Assembly: GCA_903854455.1 (NCBI GenBank)
Contig: CAINWJ010000159.1
Span: 1 to 44,661, forward strand
Source: Candidatus Peribacteria bacterium
Lineage (GTDB): Bacteria > Patescibacteriota > Gracilibacteria > Peribacterales > Peribacteraceae
Reading direction: 5' to 3'
DNA length: 44,661 bases
Under the pieces are notes generated by a model, which saw nothing but the letters and a program-made list of their open reading frames with translations, searched no databases and had not been told where the DNA came from. Numbering within the stretch: the first letter of the stretch is position 1; the number at the start of each line of letters is the position of its first letter. This document shows positions 10,595 to 19,023 of this stretch, piece by piece. Made by a program: the position numbers and the translations under genes.

Positions 10595-11413
10595 CTATGT
10601 CCGTCGGCGTGCACGATTATGCAGTACTGCTGCGTACAAACCCATCAAACCGACGGCAAGGAGAATGAAGTCCTCCGGTCCGGAACGCACCAGACGACGC
10701 GGGCGGCGCTGAAGAATCGCCGGAGCCAGGGAAGAAGCGGTGGACGATTGTGAAGAAGCGGAAGTAACCAAAGGCTTCAGGGGATCCGTACGATTCGAGT
10801 TAATCCGGGGACGCTCAGCCTGCCCATCAACTAATGAACGCATGGCAGTAAAAAAATTCCCGACAACGTGCCTTGCCCCGCTGGGAGGGAATAATGCCGC
10901 AGACAACTTCTGATGCAATCCCATGGCTTCCGTAGAGATGCTTCCGGCAATGAACACCGCTGCAACGATCGAAAGCAAACTGAGCCTGAGCGTGCGACGA
11001 CGGATCACGTGGAAAGCGAACAATCCGAGGAGGATAAGACCAAGAAGTGACAGGGGCAAAGACCAGAGAACGAAGAACCCGAGGAACAGGATATGGAAGG
11101 CACTTCCACGGGGATCGAAGATGGCGAGAACCAGCCAGAGGCAGAGCATGAAGAACGGATACCAGTGAAGCAGACGGAACTCGTAATCAGCACGGTTCTG
11201 ACGGAACTTCCTGTAGAGGCTAAGCGGATACAGAGCGGCAAGAACTGCCAGCAGCGACCAGTACTTCATGCTCTCCGGAAACGGTGGCAGGAGCGCGATG
11301 AGCGCACCAGTCAGACAGATAATTATGCCGAGGAGCAGCATGTACGCCGACTCTGTACGGTGTTTCAGGGGCACAGGAACGGTGATTTTCCTTGGATTGG
11401 AGGGGTATGTCAA
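10595..11413 (-). CDS. Membrane protein with a C-terminal sorting-signal-like tail
   Basis: About 5 N-terminal TM helices, a Ser-rich linker, then LVRSGPE, a hydrophobic helix and a basic tail RARRRT. Confidence 0.7.
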   Translation of the reverse strand: MTYPSNPRKITVPVPLKHRTESAYMLLLGIIICLTGALIALLPPFPESMKYWSLLAVLAALYPLSLYRKFRQNRADYEFRLLHWYPFFMLCLWLVLAIFDPRGSAFHILFLGFFVLWSLPLSLLGLILLGLFAFHVIRRRTLRLSLLSIVAAVFIAGSISTEAMGLHQKLSAALFPPSGARHVVGNFFTAMRSLVDGQAERPRINSNRTDPLKPLVTSASSQSSTASSLAPAILQRRPRRLVRSGPEDFILLAVGLMGLYAAVLHNRARRRT

Positions 11414-11429
11414 TAGAAGTAGACATACG

Positions 11430-11510
11430 GACGAATAGGCGTATAGGCGTTAAGCGAATAGACGAGTGGGGGAAGACTCGCTTACACGCTTAACGCTTAC
11501 ACGCTTAACG
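11430..11510. repeat. Inverted tandem-repeat element, 7/8-mer (GGCGTATA/CACGCTTA)
   Basis: gacgaataggcgtataggcgttaagcgaatagacgagt vs actcgcttacacgcttaacgcttacacgcttaacg, with a short loop. Confidence 0.75.
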
Positions 11511-11515
11511 ATCCA

Positions 11516-11920
11516 TCATTTTTTTCGCTTCGGCAAATACTTCTCCCGCTCATCCACCACACGCTGGCTCTGCAAAACGGTGTAGTGCCTCCGTCTGAAC
11601 GACAGGATCTGGATGAAGAGGTATAACCCGAGCAGCAATCCCCAGACGACCCAGAGAATGCGCATGGACATAAACTGGATCGTCGCCTCACGGCTGACAA
11701 CCAACACCGCACCGACGATGCCAAACCAGAACGCAGCCGAGGGCCAGGACTTGGAGAGAATTTTGGTCATCGGGTTGGATGTCCGTGAACGGAGATAGGC
11801 GATGACAAACGATCCGACGACGAAGAGGAGACAAATTCCGAGAATCAACCTGACGTGGGCATCCGCATAGTGCCATCCTCCGGGATTGGGCCAGAACCAG
11901 TAGACGATGAGAGATTTCAT
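11516..11920 (-). CDS. Hypothetical membrane protein (3 TM)
   Basis: 134 aa, three hydrophobic helices, basic C-terminus KYLPKRKK, in the minus-strand gene run. Confidence 0.75.
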   Translation of the reverse strand: MKSLIVYWFWPNPGGWHYADAHVRLILGICLLFVVGSFVIAYLRSRTSNPMTKILSKSWPSAAFWFGIVGAVLVVSREATIQFMSMRILWVVWGLLLGLYLFIQILSFRRRHYTVLQSQRVVDEREKYLPKRKK

Positions 11921-11948
11921 AGGAAGAGGAGAAGAAGATCGAATCGAT

Positions 11949-12041
11949 TAGGTAAGGTATGTAAGATAAGTAAGGTACGTACAGCAGGGAAATTCTTCAG
12001 GCACCTACCTTACCTGCCTTACCTTCTTTACCTGCCTTACC
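11949..12041. repeat. Inverted tandem-repeat element, 9-mer (GGTAAGGTA/TACCTTACC), copy 1
   Basis: Left arm 11949-11981. The right arm (12003-12041) lies inside the 3' end of the 11997-12365 CDS. Confidence 0.85.
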
Positions 12042-12365
12042 GTTCTTCAATTCCTTTTTCGTCCCCTGCAATTTCGATAGTAAATCCGCCACCTGTCTCT
12101 CCAGTCCGCGCTGGGCAAGTGTGCGTGAGGGACGGATCAGAAGATAAATCAGAAAACCGATCACCGGAAGAACGGCAACGAGCAGAATGCACAGCGTCTG
12201 GTAGATGAAGGAATTGGTTCTGAGGATGATGTCCCGTGTCGCGAAGAGAACCAGGAAAATGATGATGCAGGCAGCCAGGATCATCGAGAGCTGCATGAAG
12301 AACACGGGCGAATCAGCGGAGAAAATCGTTGAAACGTCCGGGAAAATGGAGAGGAGCTGCGACAC
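11997..12365 (-). CDS. Small membrane protein, PLDc_N-like
   Basis: Two TM helices with RD...LVAVLPVIGFLIYLLIRP, typical of the PLDc N-terminal domain. The GKAGKEGKAGKVG tail is encoded by the 9-mer repeat. Confidence 0.75.
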   Translation of the reverse strand: MSQLLSIFPDVSTIFSADSPVFFMQLSMILAACIIIFLVLFATRDIILRTNSFIYQTLCILLVAVLPVIGFLIYLLIRPSRTLAQRGLERQVADLLSKLQGTKKELKNGKAGKEGKAGKVGA

Positions 12366-12384
12366 AGGAACAGGGGGAAATGAA

Positions 12385-13308
12385 CTACAGATGGGGATAT
12401 TTCCATCGATGGACTACAACGTATACGACCGCCGCGACCAAGGCAAGAACCGCCAGCACCTGGCTGAATCTGAGCTGATACTGCGGAAAATCGATCCACG
12501 AACGACTCAGAACGTATGCGATGGTGAGCACGCCAATGGCAGCTCCGTAGATCGCGTTGACACGAGGGGTCAGACGCTCTTCCAATACCGCAAGTCCTCC
12601 CAGGCTTGCGATCAAGCAGGCGAGGAAGAGGAAATCCGGCAGTTTGGCGAAGACCGGAATACCCATATCTCCGCGGAAGAATTCGAAGATGAACACGGCG
12701 ACCGATGCGGCGATAATTCCGACAAGAGTTTCAGCGCCGGCACGCTTGGAATGCCTGCGAATGACGAGCAGTGCAAATGTCAGGACGAGGTAGAACAGCG
12801 CGTAGTAGATCTGTACCGGATGGATGGGCACGGTGTACCGGACATCGTAGGTATTGAGCGTCACACCCCAGAATACATTGGTCGGCTTGCCGTATGCCTG
12901 AGCGGACAGGAACATCCCGAACCAGTCGAACAGAAGACCGAAGGTCGTCGCCGGGAGCAGGACATCCATCCACTGCAAGAACGTCGTGCGCTGATTGCGC
13001 GTCGTGAAGAAGATGACGACACCGATCCCCAGTGCCGCACCGATGAAACTGAACCCACCGTCACGAATATCGACGATGCGGAGAGGATGCGAAACATAGA
13101 GCGGATAGTTGGCGACCACCGCCAGCAGACGCCCTCCGATCAAGAATGCCAACGCATGAACCCAGGCAAAATCCTGCAGACTCTGGAGACTCAAGCCGGC
13201 TGACTTGGACAACCGGAAGAAGAACTCCGCCGACATCAGAAGCGCGATCATCAGGAACACCACGCGCATCCAGATGATCATGGGGCCGATCTCAAAAGCC
13301 TCAAACAT
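12385..13308 (-). CDS. lgt: Prolipoprotein diacylglyceryl transferase family protein
   Basis: GGRL, GGFSFIGA, YGKPT..WGV, HPVQIY and EFFRGD motifs; extra C-terminal TM helices. Confidence 0.85.
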   Translation of the reverse strand: MFEAFEIGPMIIWMRVVFLMIALLMSAEFFFRLSKSAGLSLQSLQDFAWVHALAFLIGGRLLAVVANYPLYVSHPLRIVDIRDGGFSFIGAALGIGVVIFFTTRNQRTTFLQWMDVLLPATTFGLLFDWFGMFLSAQAYGKPTNVFWGVTLNTYDVRYTVPIHPVQIYYALFYLVLTFALLVIRRHSKRAGAETLVGIIAASVAVFIFEFFRGDMGIPVFAKLPDFLFLACLIASLGGLAVLEERLTPRVNAIYGAAIGVLTIAYVLSRSWIDFPQYQLRFSQVLAVLALVAAVVYVVVHRWKYPHL

Positions 13309-13331
13309 TGATGAGAGAATAGCATGTGAAT

Positions 13332-13423
13332 GGCAGGTAAGGTAGGTAAGGAAAGTAAGGTACGTAAAGCACGTGTTTTCACCTACCTTACATACCTTAC
13401 GTGCAATACCTACCTTACTTTCC
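13332..13423. repeat. Inverted tandem-repeat element, 9-mer, copy 2
   Basis: ggcaggtaa ggtaggtaa ggaaagtaa ggtacgtaa agcacgtg -tttt- cacctacct tacatacct tacgtgcaa tacctacct tactttcc; a ~44-bp imperfect stem with a 4-nt loop. Confidence 0.88.
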
Positions 13424-13447
13424 GATTCCGGCTTCCAAATTTGCTAT

Positions 13448-13693
13448 TCAGGAAGGATTGGAAACTTCCCGGCCACGATTCAACGCTTGAAATAATTTTT
13501 TCAATGCGTCTGCACCACCACCAGCTAACGTTCGCTCTATAGGTGTCATTTCCCGATGTTCTGCAGAACCTGAACCAGTCGCATAATCATGACTTTCAAC
13601 TATCACCACACCGTCACCTAAGTCATGCATTACTGGTCCAACCTTGGCAAAAGGCAAACCACTAACATTCGAAGAAACAGAACCATTACTCAT
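13448..13693 (-). CDS. Small hypothetical protein
   Basis: 81 aa; start overlaps the thrS stop (ATGA), suggesting translational coupling; no family recognised. Confidence 0.45.
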   Translation of the reverse strand: MSNGSVSSNVSGLPFAKVGPVMHDLGDGVVIVESHDYATGSGSAEHREMTPIERTLAGGGADALKKLFQALNRGREVSNPS

Positions 13694-15498
13694 ACACCGA
13701 TAGTACTATGCAACAATCGCTTGTCAATATCTGTGATCACACTATCGATGAATGCATCCCGTGCTACCCCCACCTGCTTCTTCGTCTTCACATTGCGTAC
13801 GGTCACCGTCTTCTCCGCAATTTCACGATCACCGAGCACAACCAAGTAAGGAACCTTCATCATCTCACCGTCGCGGATGCGCTTGCCGAGGGAATCAGAT
13901 GACGGAAGAACCTCGACTCTCACTCCCCTCTTCTTGAGATCTGCTGCAAGCGTGGCAGCGGCTTCCTCATGCGGTGCGGCGACCGGAAGAATATTCACCT
14001 GGACAGGGGCAAGCCACAGCGGGAAGAGCCCTGCAAAGTGCTCGATCAGGAATCCAACGAGACGCTCGTGCGTGGAGAGAGGTGCGCGGTGAATGCACAG
14101 CGGCACCTTCTCAACACCATCCTTATCAATGTACTTGAGTCCGACCTTGCCCGGCACATCGAAGTCGACCTGATTGGTGGCCAGAGTAAATTCCCGTCCG
14201 ATGGCACTCCAGATCTGCACGTCGATTTTGGGACCGTAAAACGCCGCCTCGTCCGGCACCTCCACGTAATTGACGTTCTTCTTCTGCATTGCCTTGCGCA
14301 CCATCTCCTCGGTCTTGACCCACAATTTGGGTTCGTTCACGTACTTCTTCCCCAGTTCCTTGGGATCGTGGAGCGAAAGACGCATGACGTACTTGCCAAT
14401 ATCGAAGATCCGGAAATACTCAATGTACAGATCGATGACCGCGTTGAACTCCTGCTCGAACTGCTCCTCGGTCAAATAGATGTGCGCATCGTTCATGCAG
14501 AGCGAGCGAACCCGCATCAGACCGAAGAGCGCACCGGAATCCTCGTAACGATAACAATGGCCATACTCCGCCAGACGCATGGGGAGATCACGATAACTTC
14601 TGGCACTGCTCGCGAAGATCTGGTGGTGGTGCGGACAGTTCATGGGCTTCAGGTAATACTCCTCCTCTCCATCCAGCTTCATGGGCGGGAACATCGATGT
14701 TTTATAATGTGCCAAATGCCCTGTCTGAGCGTAGAGCTTGCCCTTGGCGATATGCGGTGTGCGGACTCTCAAATACCCACCCTTCTCCTCCATCTCTTTT
14801 CCAAGTGCCTCGATCTGGTCAACGATGATCGTCCCACGCGGCGTCCAGAGCGGCAGACCCGGACCCACCATGTCGGAGAATGCGAAGAGATCCAATTCCT
14901 TGCCGAGCTTCCGGTGATCGCGCTTCTTCGCTTCTTCCACCATTTTCAAGTGCGCATCCAATTCCGCCTTCGACGCAAAGGCTGCGACATAGATTCTGGT
15001 GAGCTGCTCACGTTTCTCATCTCCGCGCCAGTACGCACCGGCGAGAGTGGTCACCTTGAAACAATCAGCCGGAATGTCTTTCGTCGTCTCGACGTGCCCG
15101 CCCCGGCAGAGATCGACGAATGTGTTGTCACCCTTGGGGCCAATGTTCGTGTAATGCGTCACCGTCTTCACCTTCTCGTTCTTCTCCAGATCTTCGATCA
15201 GCTCGACCTTGAACTTCTGCTTCAGTTTGCGCCAGAACTTCTTCGCATCGGCGACCTTGAGCTCGTCGCACCGGAACGTCTGACCCTGGTAGATGATCTT
15301 CTTCATCTCCTTCTCGATCTTCGGCAGATCGCTGTCGGTAATAGGCTCAGCGAAGAGGAAGTCGTAGTAGCAACCGGTATCGATCGGCGGTCCGATGGTC
15401 ACGAGCGTGCCAGGCCAGAGATTGGTCACAGCCTGTGCGAGAACGTGCGCCAGGGAATGGCGGAGATGGTGAAGAGAATCTTCAGAGGTGGTGGGCAT
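13690..15498 (-). CDS. thrS: Threonyl-tRNA synthetase (lacks the N-terminal TGS domain)
   Basis: HSLAHVLAQAV editing motif, DLCRGGH, RDHRKLG, KPMNCPHH, SYRDLP, AFYGPKID and HRA motifs. Confidence 0.98.
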   Translation of the reverse strand: MPTTSEDSLHHLRHSLAHVLAQAVTNLWPGTLVTIGPPIDTGCYYDFLFAEPITDSDLPKIEKEMKKIIYQGQTFRCDELKVADAKKFWRKLKQKFKVELIEDLEKNEKVKTVTHYTNIGPKGDNTFVDLCRGGHVETTKDIPADCFKVTTLAGAYWRGDEKREQLTRIYVAAFASKAELDAHLKMVEEAKKRDHRKLGKELDLFAFSDMVGPGLPLWTPRGTIIVDQIEALGKEMEEKGGYLRVRTPHIAKGKLYAQTGHLAHYKTSMFPPMKLDGEEEYYLKPMNCPHHHQIFASSARSYRDLPMRLAEYGHCYRYEDSGALFGLMRVRSLCMNDAHIYLTEEQFEQEFNAVIDLYIEYFRIFDIGKYVMRLSLHDPKELGKKYVNEPKLWVKTEEMVRKAMQKKNVNYVEVPDEAAFYGPKIDVQIWSAIGREFTLATNQVDFDVPGKVGLKYIDKDGVEKVPLCIHRAPLSTHERLVGFLIEHFAGLFPLWLAPVQVNILPVAAPHEEAAATLAADLKKRGVRVEVLPSSDSLGKRIRDGEMMKVPYLVVLGDREIAEKTVTVRNVKTKKQVGVARDAFIDSVITDIDKRLLHSTIGV

Positions 15499-15516
15499 GG
15501 TGAGAGAGTACAGGGG

Positions 15517-15957
15517 AGAATGTAGAATGTAGAATGTAAAATGTAGAATGATGGAATTAATTCTTCTTACTGGACTTGATGATCGCTGTCAGCAACCGGA
15601 TCAATTCATCGACATCCTTGAGTAATGAAGCGGCTTCTTTGAGCGTAAAATAACCTCCGTCGCGCAACAGGGAAATCCAGTAATCTGATTCGTGAGCCTC
15701 ATTCAACGCGATATTCAACTTCGAGATAAATTCCTTCTTGCTTTGCGCGTTCACTCCTTCACGAATATTGGCCCCAATGCCAGTCCCTGAACGCAAGAGC
15801 TGATTACTCAAAACAAATTCGTGTTTTATCTTCGTCAAATATTGATACGCCTTCACAATGCGGTGTGCAAAAGCGTAACTCTTGACCACAACAATATTTT
15901 CTTTGGCTGGTTTTTCCATAACGTTCATTCTACATTCTATATTTTACATTCTCAATT
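15517..15957 (-). mobile_element. AGAATGT inverted tandem-repeat element carrying a four-helix-bundle gene
   Basis: Left arm 15517-15550 (AGAATGT x3, AAAATGT, AGAATG) and right arm 15926-15957 (CATTCTA CATTCTA TATTTTA CATTCTC AATT) tightly bracket the ORF, inserted between dnaA and thrS. Mobility is inferred. Confidence 0.75.
15557..15928 (-). CDS. Four helix bundle protein (23S rRNA IVS-protein / Avd-like family)
   Basis: KSYAFA..IV, LSNQLLRSGTGIGANIREG..AQSKKEFISKLNIALNEAHESDYW signature. The start may be the ATG at 15919. AT-richer than its neighbours. Confidence 0.92.
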   Translation of the reverse strand: MNVMEKPAKENIVVVKSYAFAHRIVKAYQYLTKIKHEFVLSNQLLRSGTGIGANIREGVNAQSKKEFISKLNIALNEAHESDYWISLLRDGGYFTLKEAASLLKDVDELIRLLTAIIKSSKKN

Positions 15958-15960
15958 TCG

Positions 15961-17388
15961 TCAGGCGCTAATTCCCACCTCCTTCTCGATCGTCCTTACC
16001 TCACGCAGCAACTGACCGTCCTCCTTCATCTTGGTCTCAATCTTCTCCACCGCATTCATGACCGTCGTGTGATCCCGATTGGAGAAAGTGGCACCCAGGC
16101 GGACATAGCTCATGCGAACGTGCTTCTTGCCGATGTACATGGCGATCTGGCGTGGAATCAGGATTTCCCGGACGCGCGATTCGCCGAGCATATCCGGAAC
16201 GGAAACGGAGAAATACTTGCTCACCGTCTCCAGTACATCCTGGAACGCGATGGCTTTCTCCGGCTCCTTCTCGAAACCGACATCCTCCTGCTTCCCATCC
16301 ATGGAATCGCAGAGCTTGTTCATGATCTCGGTCATGGATGAGACGGTCGGTACACACTGCTCCAGCTCATACTGGGCAACCGCCTGCATGAGAATTCCCT
16401 CCAGCTGGCGGATGCTCTTCGTGGCGTGCTCGGCAACGTAGCGAAGCACCTTCTCATCCAAGAGCAAACCGTACTCCTGCGCCTTTTCCGCAAGAATGGC
16501 ATAGCGAGTTTCATAATCAGGCATGGTGACATCCGCAACCATCCCACGCTCGAAGCGTGACACCAGACGATCCTGCATGATGGTCAACTCTTTCGGCGGA
16601 CGGTCGGAACTGATGATGATCTGCTTCCGTTCCTCAGTCAGCGTATTGAACGTATGGAACAATTCTTCCTGTGTTCGCTCTTTGTTCGCCAAGAACTGGA
16701 TGTCATCGATGATCAGCACATCAACTTCACGGTAGCGGCGACGGAACTGCTCCATCTTGCTGTGCTGGATGGCCTCAATGACCTGATTCGTGAAGTCCTC
16801 AGATGTTGTGTAGAGCACCACGGCATGCGGCATCGTGCGCAGGATGGCATTACCGGTTGCCTGCAGAAGGTGCGTCTTGCCGAGACCGACGCCACCGTAG
16901 ATGAAGAGTGGATTGTACTTGCCGCCGGGATCGCCTGCGACGGCTGAGCACGCTGCATGAGCCAACCGATTGACCGGACCCACGACGTAGTTCTCAAGCG
17001 AGTAGCGGGGATTTAAGAGCTTGCTCGTGAGACCTTCTGCGATCCGAACCTCAGCTCTTCCCGGCAACTTCCGGCGCTTCTTGTCGGGGAAATGTTCGAG
17101 GAGACGGAGTGTGCGGGTCGTATCGTCCTTGAGTCCCCCATCGACCTGATACACCACCTGATCGATCGTCGGATCGACCTCCTTGAGCGCGGCAATTGTC
17201 ATCGTCCGGTAGTGCTCCAGATGCCAGTTTAGGAACATCGGGAGCGGCAATCCAATCACCACGTTATTGCCCTCACGACCCAGAATCGTCGTGTCCTTAA
17301 ACCACGTGATGAACTGCCCGCGAGCCATCTGCGGCTCGATGAGAGTCAGTACTTTCAGCCAGAGATCGAGGTCGGGGGCGGGGGTCAC
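15961..17388 (-). CDS. dnaA: Chromosomal replication initiator DnaA
   Basis: YNPLFIYGGVGLGKTHL, LIIDDIQF, QEELFHTFN, SDRPP and RDHTTVM motifs; GTG start. Confidence 0.98.
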   Translation of the reverse strand: MTPAPDLDLWLKVLTLIEPQMARGQFITWFKDTTILGREGNNVVIGLPLPMFLNWHLEHYRTMTIAALKEVDPTIDQVVYQVDGGLKDDTTRTLRLLEHFPDKKRRKLPGRAEVRIAEGLTSKLLNPRYSLENYVVGPVNRLAHAACSAVAGDPGGKYNPLFIYGGVGLGKTHLLQATGNAILRTMPHAVVLYTTSEDFTNQVIEAIQHSKMEQFRRRYREVDVLIIDDIQFLANKERTQEELFHTFNTLTEERKQIIISSDRPPKELTIMQDRLVSRFERGMVADVTMPDYETRYAILAEKAQEYGLLLDEKVLRYVAEHATKSIRQLEGILMQAVAQYELEQCVPTVSSMTEIMNKLCDSMDGKQEDVGFEKEPEKAIAFQDVLETVSKYFSVSVPDMLGESRVREILIPRQIAMYIGKKHVRMSYVRLGATFSNRDHTTVMNAVEKIETKMKEDGQLLREVRTIEKEVGISA

Positions 17389-17394
17389 GAGACG

Positions 17395-17567
17395 AGGTAA
17401 GGTAAGTAATGTAGGTAAAGGTAGGTAAGGTAGGTGAGATGTAAAAAGAATTATCGAGGATTGATGCTGCTAAGAGAGTGAAAGAAAGACAATAACCGAG
17501 AACTTTGATTGAAGGATTGTGAATGCACGTACCTTACTTACCTTACGTGCCTTACCTACCTTACCTA
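17395..17567. repeat. Inverted tandem-repeat element, 9-mer, copy 3 (rseP-dnaA gap)
   Basis: Left arm 17395-17437, right arm 17526-17567 ending in the rseP TAG stop; ~88-bp A-rich spacer. Confidence 0.88.
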
Positions 17568-18665
17568 GAACAAATGAATCACATCATTAAACGTGATAAT
17601 GATGATGAGCCCGATCAGAAGAAAGAACCCGATCATGTTCGTGAGCAGTTCAAAGCGCTGATTGAGCGGGCGACGGATGACGATCTCGGCAAGCACGAAG
17701 AGCAGACGACCGCCGTCGAGCGCCGGGAGCGGCAGGATGTTCAGAATGGCGAGAGAAAGACTCAGGAGCGCTACAAGCTGCAGGTACGTCATGAACCCTT
17801 CCTGCACGGCACTGGAAGTAAGTCCGTAGATGCCGACAATGCCCGTGATCCCCTCGGGAACATTGAGCCTCGTGAGGAGTGTGTGGAATAAATTGTAAAT
17901 GCCTTTGATGGTCTGCACGGTCATGAACATCATCTCGTTCCATGCCACGACAACCGACCGAAGCAGCGGACGCGTATTCGAACGGATACTGCTGTCGGCA
18001 AGTGCGATGCCGGCTTTGCCGTCAGCCAGCGGAACCGTCATCGTCACGGTCTTGCCGGTGGTCACCCGGAGTGTGTACGCGACACTCGCCTTCCCTTTCT
18101 GGAATGCGATGACTTCTTCGGGTGTCGTCACGGGATGGTTATCGACAGAAAGAATGGCAGATCCTTTGGGCACACCGGCGGTGTCAGCAGCTCCACCTTT
18201 GATGAGTGCCTGCACAAAGACACCCTTGTCTACAACCAACTCGCCGCGTGCGATGGCATCCTCGAGCTGCACCTTGGTGTAGTGGTATGGAACCCAGCGA
18301 CCAACGGAGAATCCTGCAGTGAAGAGCACGAATGCGAGGATGAAGTTCATGGCGACACCGCCACACAAAATGCAAATGCGTGCGAAGTTCCCTGCACCGC
18401 CGAAACTCCCCTTCTCAAACCGCCGCTCCACGATGACCTCATTCTCACCCTTGAGCCGGACGAAGCCTCCAAACGGCACCCAGTTCAGACTGAATACGGT
18501 GCCAGCGGCACGGAATAATGTAAGCGCACGTGGCGGCAGACCGAAGCCGAATTCCTCGACTGTTACACCGAAAAGCTTCGCGAGGAGGAAGTGACCGAGC
18601 TCGTGAATGATGATGAGCAACGTCAAGAGAAGAACGAACGCGATGACAGTGATCAGGGTGGTCAT
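17565..18665 (-). CDS. rseP: Site-2 protease RseP (M50 family, PDZ domain)
   Basis: HELGH, FGFGLPP, GGFVRLKGE, a PDZ-like middle region and NILPLPALDGG. Confidence 0.95.
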   Translation of the reverse strand: MTTLITVIAFVLLLTLLIIIHELGHFLLAKLFGVTVEEFGFGLPPRALTLFRAAGTVFSLNWVPFGGFVRLKGENEVIVERRFEKGSFGGAGNFARICILCGGVAMNFILAFVLFTAGFSVGRWVPYHYTKVQLEDAIARGELVVDKGVFVQALIKGGAADTAGVPKGSAILSVDNHPVTTPEEVIAFQKGKASVAYTLRVTTGKTVTMTVPLADGKAGIALADSSIRSNTRPLLRSVVVAWNEMMFMTVQTIKGIYNLFHTLLTRLNVPEGITGIVGIYGLTSSAVQEGFMTYLQLVALLSLSLAILNILPLPALDGGRLLFVLAEIVIRRPLNQRFELLTNMIGFFLLIGLIIIITFNDVIHLF

Positions 18666-18705
18666 GAAAACAACTTGGAAGGGAGGAACCGGACAATATC
18701 AGACA

Positions 18706-18731
18706 TGTGGATAATGAAAAAGTTTTCCACA
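18706..18731. promoter_or_regulatory. Pair of DnaA boxes
   Basis: TGTGGATAA (18706-18714; reverse complement TTATCCACA) and TTTTCCACA (18723-18731), both matching TTWTNCACA, upstream of rseP-dnaA. Confidence 0.65.
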
Positions 18732-18856
18732 GCCACTTCGGGTTGCAGATGTTTAGGAAGAATGATGGAGAGGAAGATCCATCGATTTGTTTTCGCCGAT
18801 TGCTCAGGAGATGTTGACGATAGCGTCGCTTCTCTTTACCCTTGCCAAGCTCACTC

Positions 18857-18933
18857 GGGCAATTAGCTCAGCTGGTTAGAGCGCCACATTGACATTGTGG
18901 AGGTCACTGGTTCGAGTCCAGTATTGCCCACCA
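18857..18933 (+). tRNA. tRNA-Val(GAC)
   Basis: GGGCAATTAGCTCAGCTGGTTAGAGCGCCACATTGACATTGTGGAGGTCACTGGTTCGAGTCCAGTATTGCCCACCA; anticodon GAC, encoded CCA. Confidence 0.97.
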
Positions 18934-19023
18934 TTCGACTCGCTGCGGCTCGCTTATAGCAAGCCGTTTGTTGATAGGTATCTCACTGGTTCGAGCCTGC
19001 TCTGACGAACAATAACCCAAGTC

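Noticed and set aside
12205..13203. 332-aa plus-strand ORF
   Set aside because: Antisense to lgt; its composition reflects reverse-read hydrophobic codons.
13969..15525. 518-aa plus-strand ORF
   Set aside because: Antisense shadow of thrS.
15557..15928. Diversity-generating retroelement suggested by the Avd-like gene
   Set aside because: No reverse transcriptase, and I found no TR/VR pair with adenine-specific mismatches in the window.
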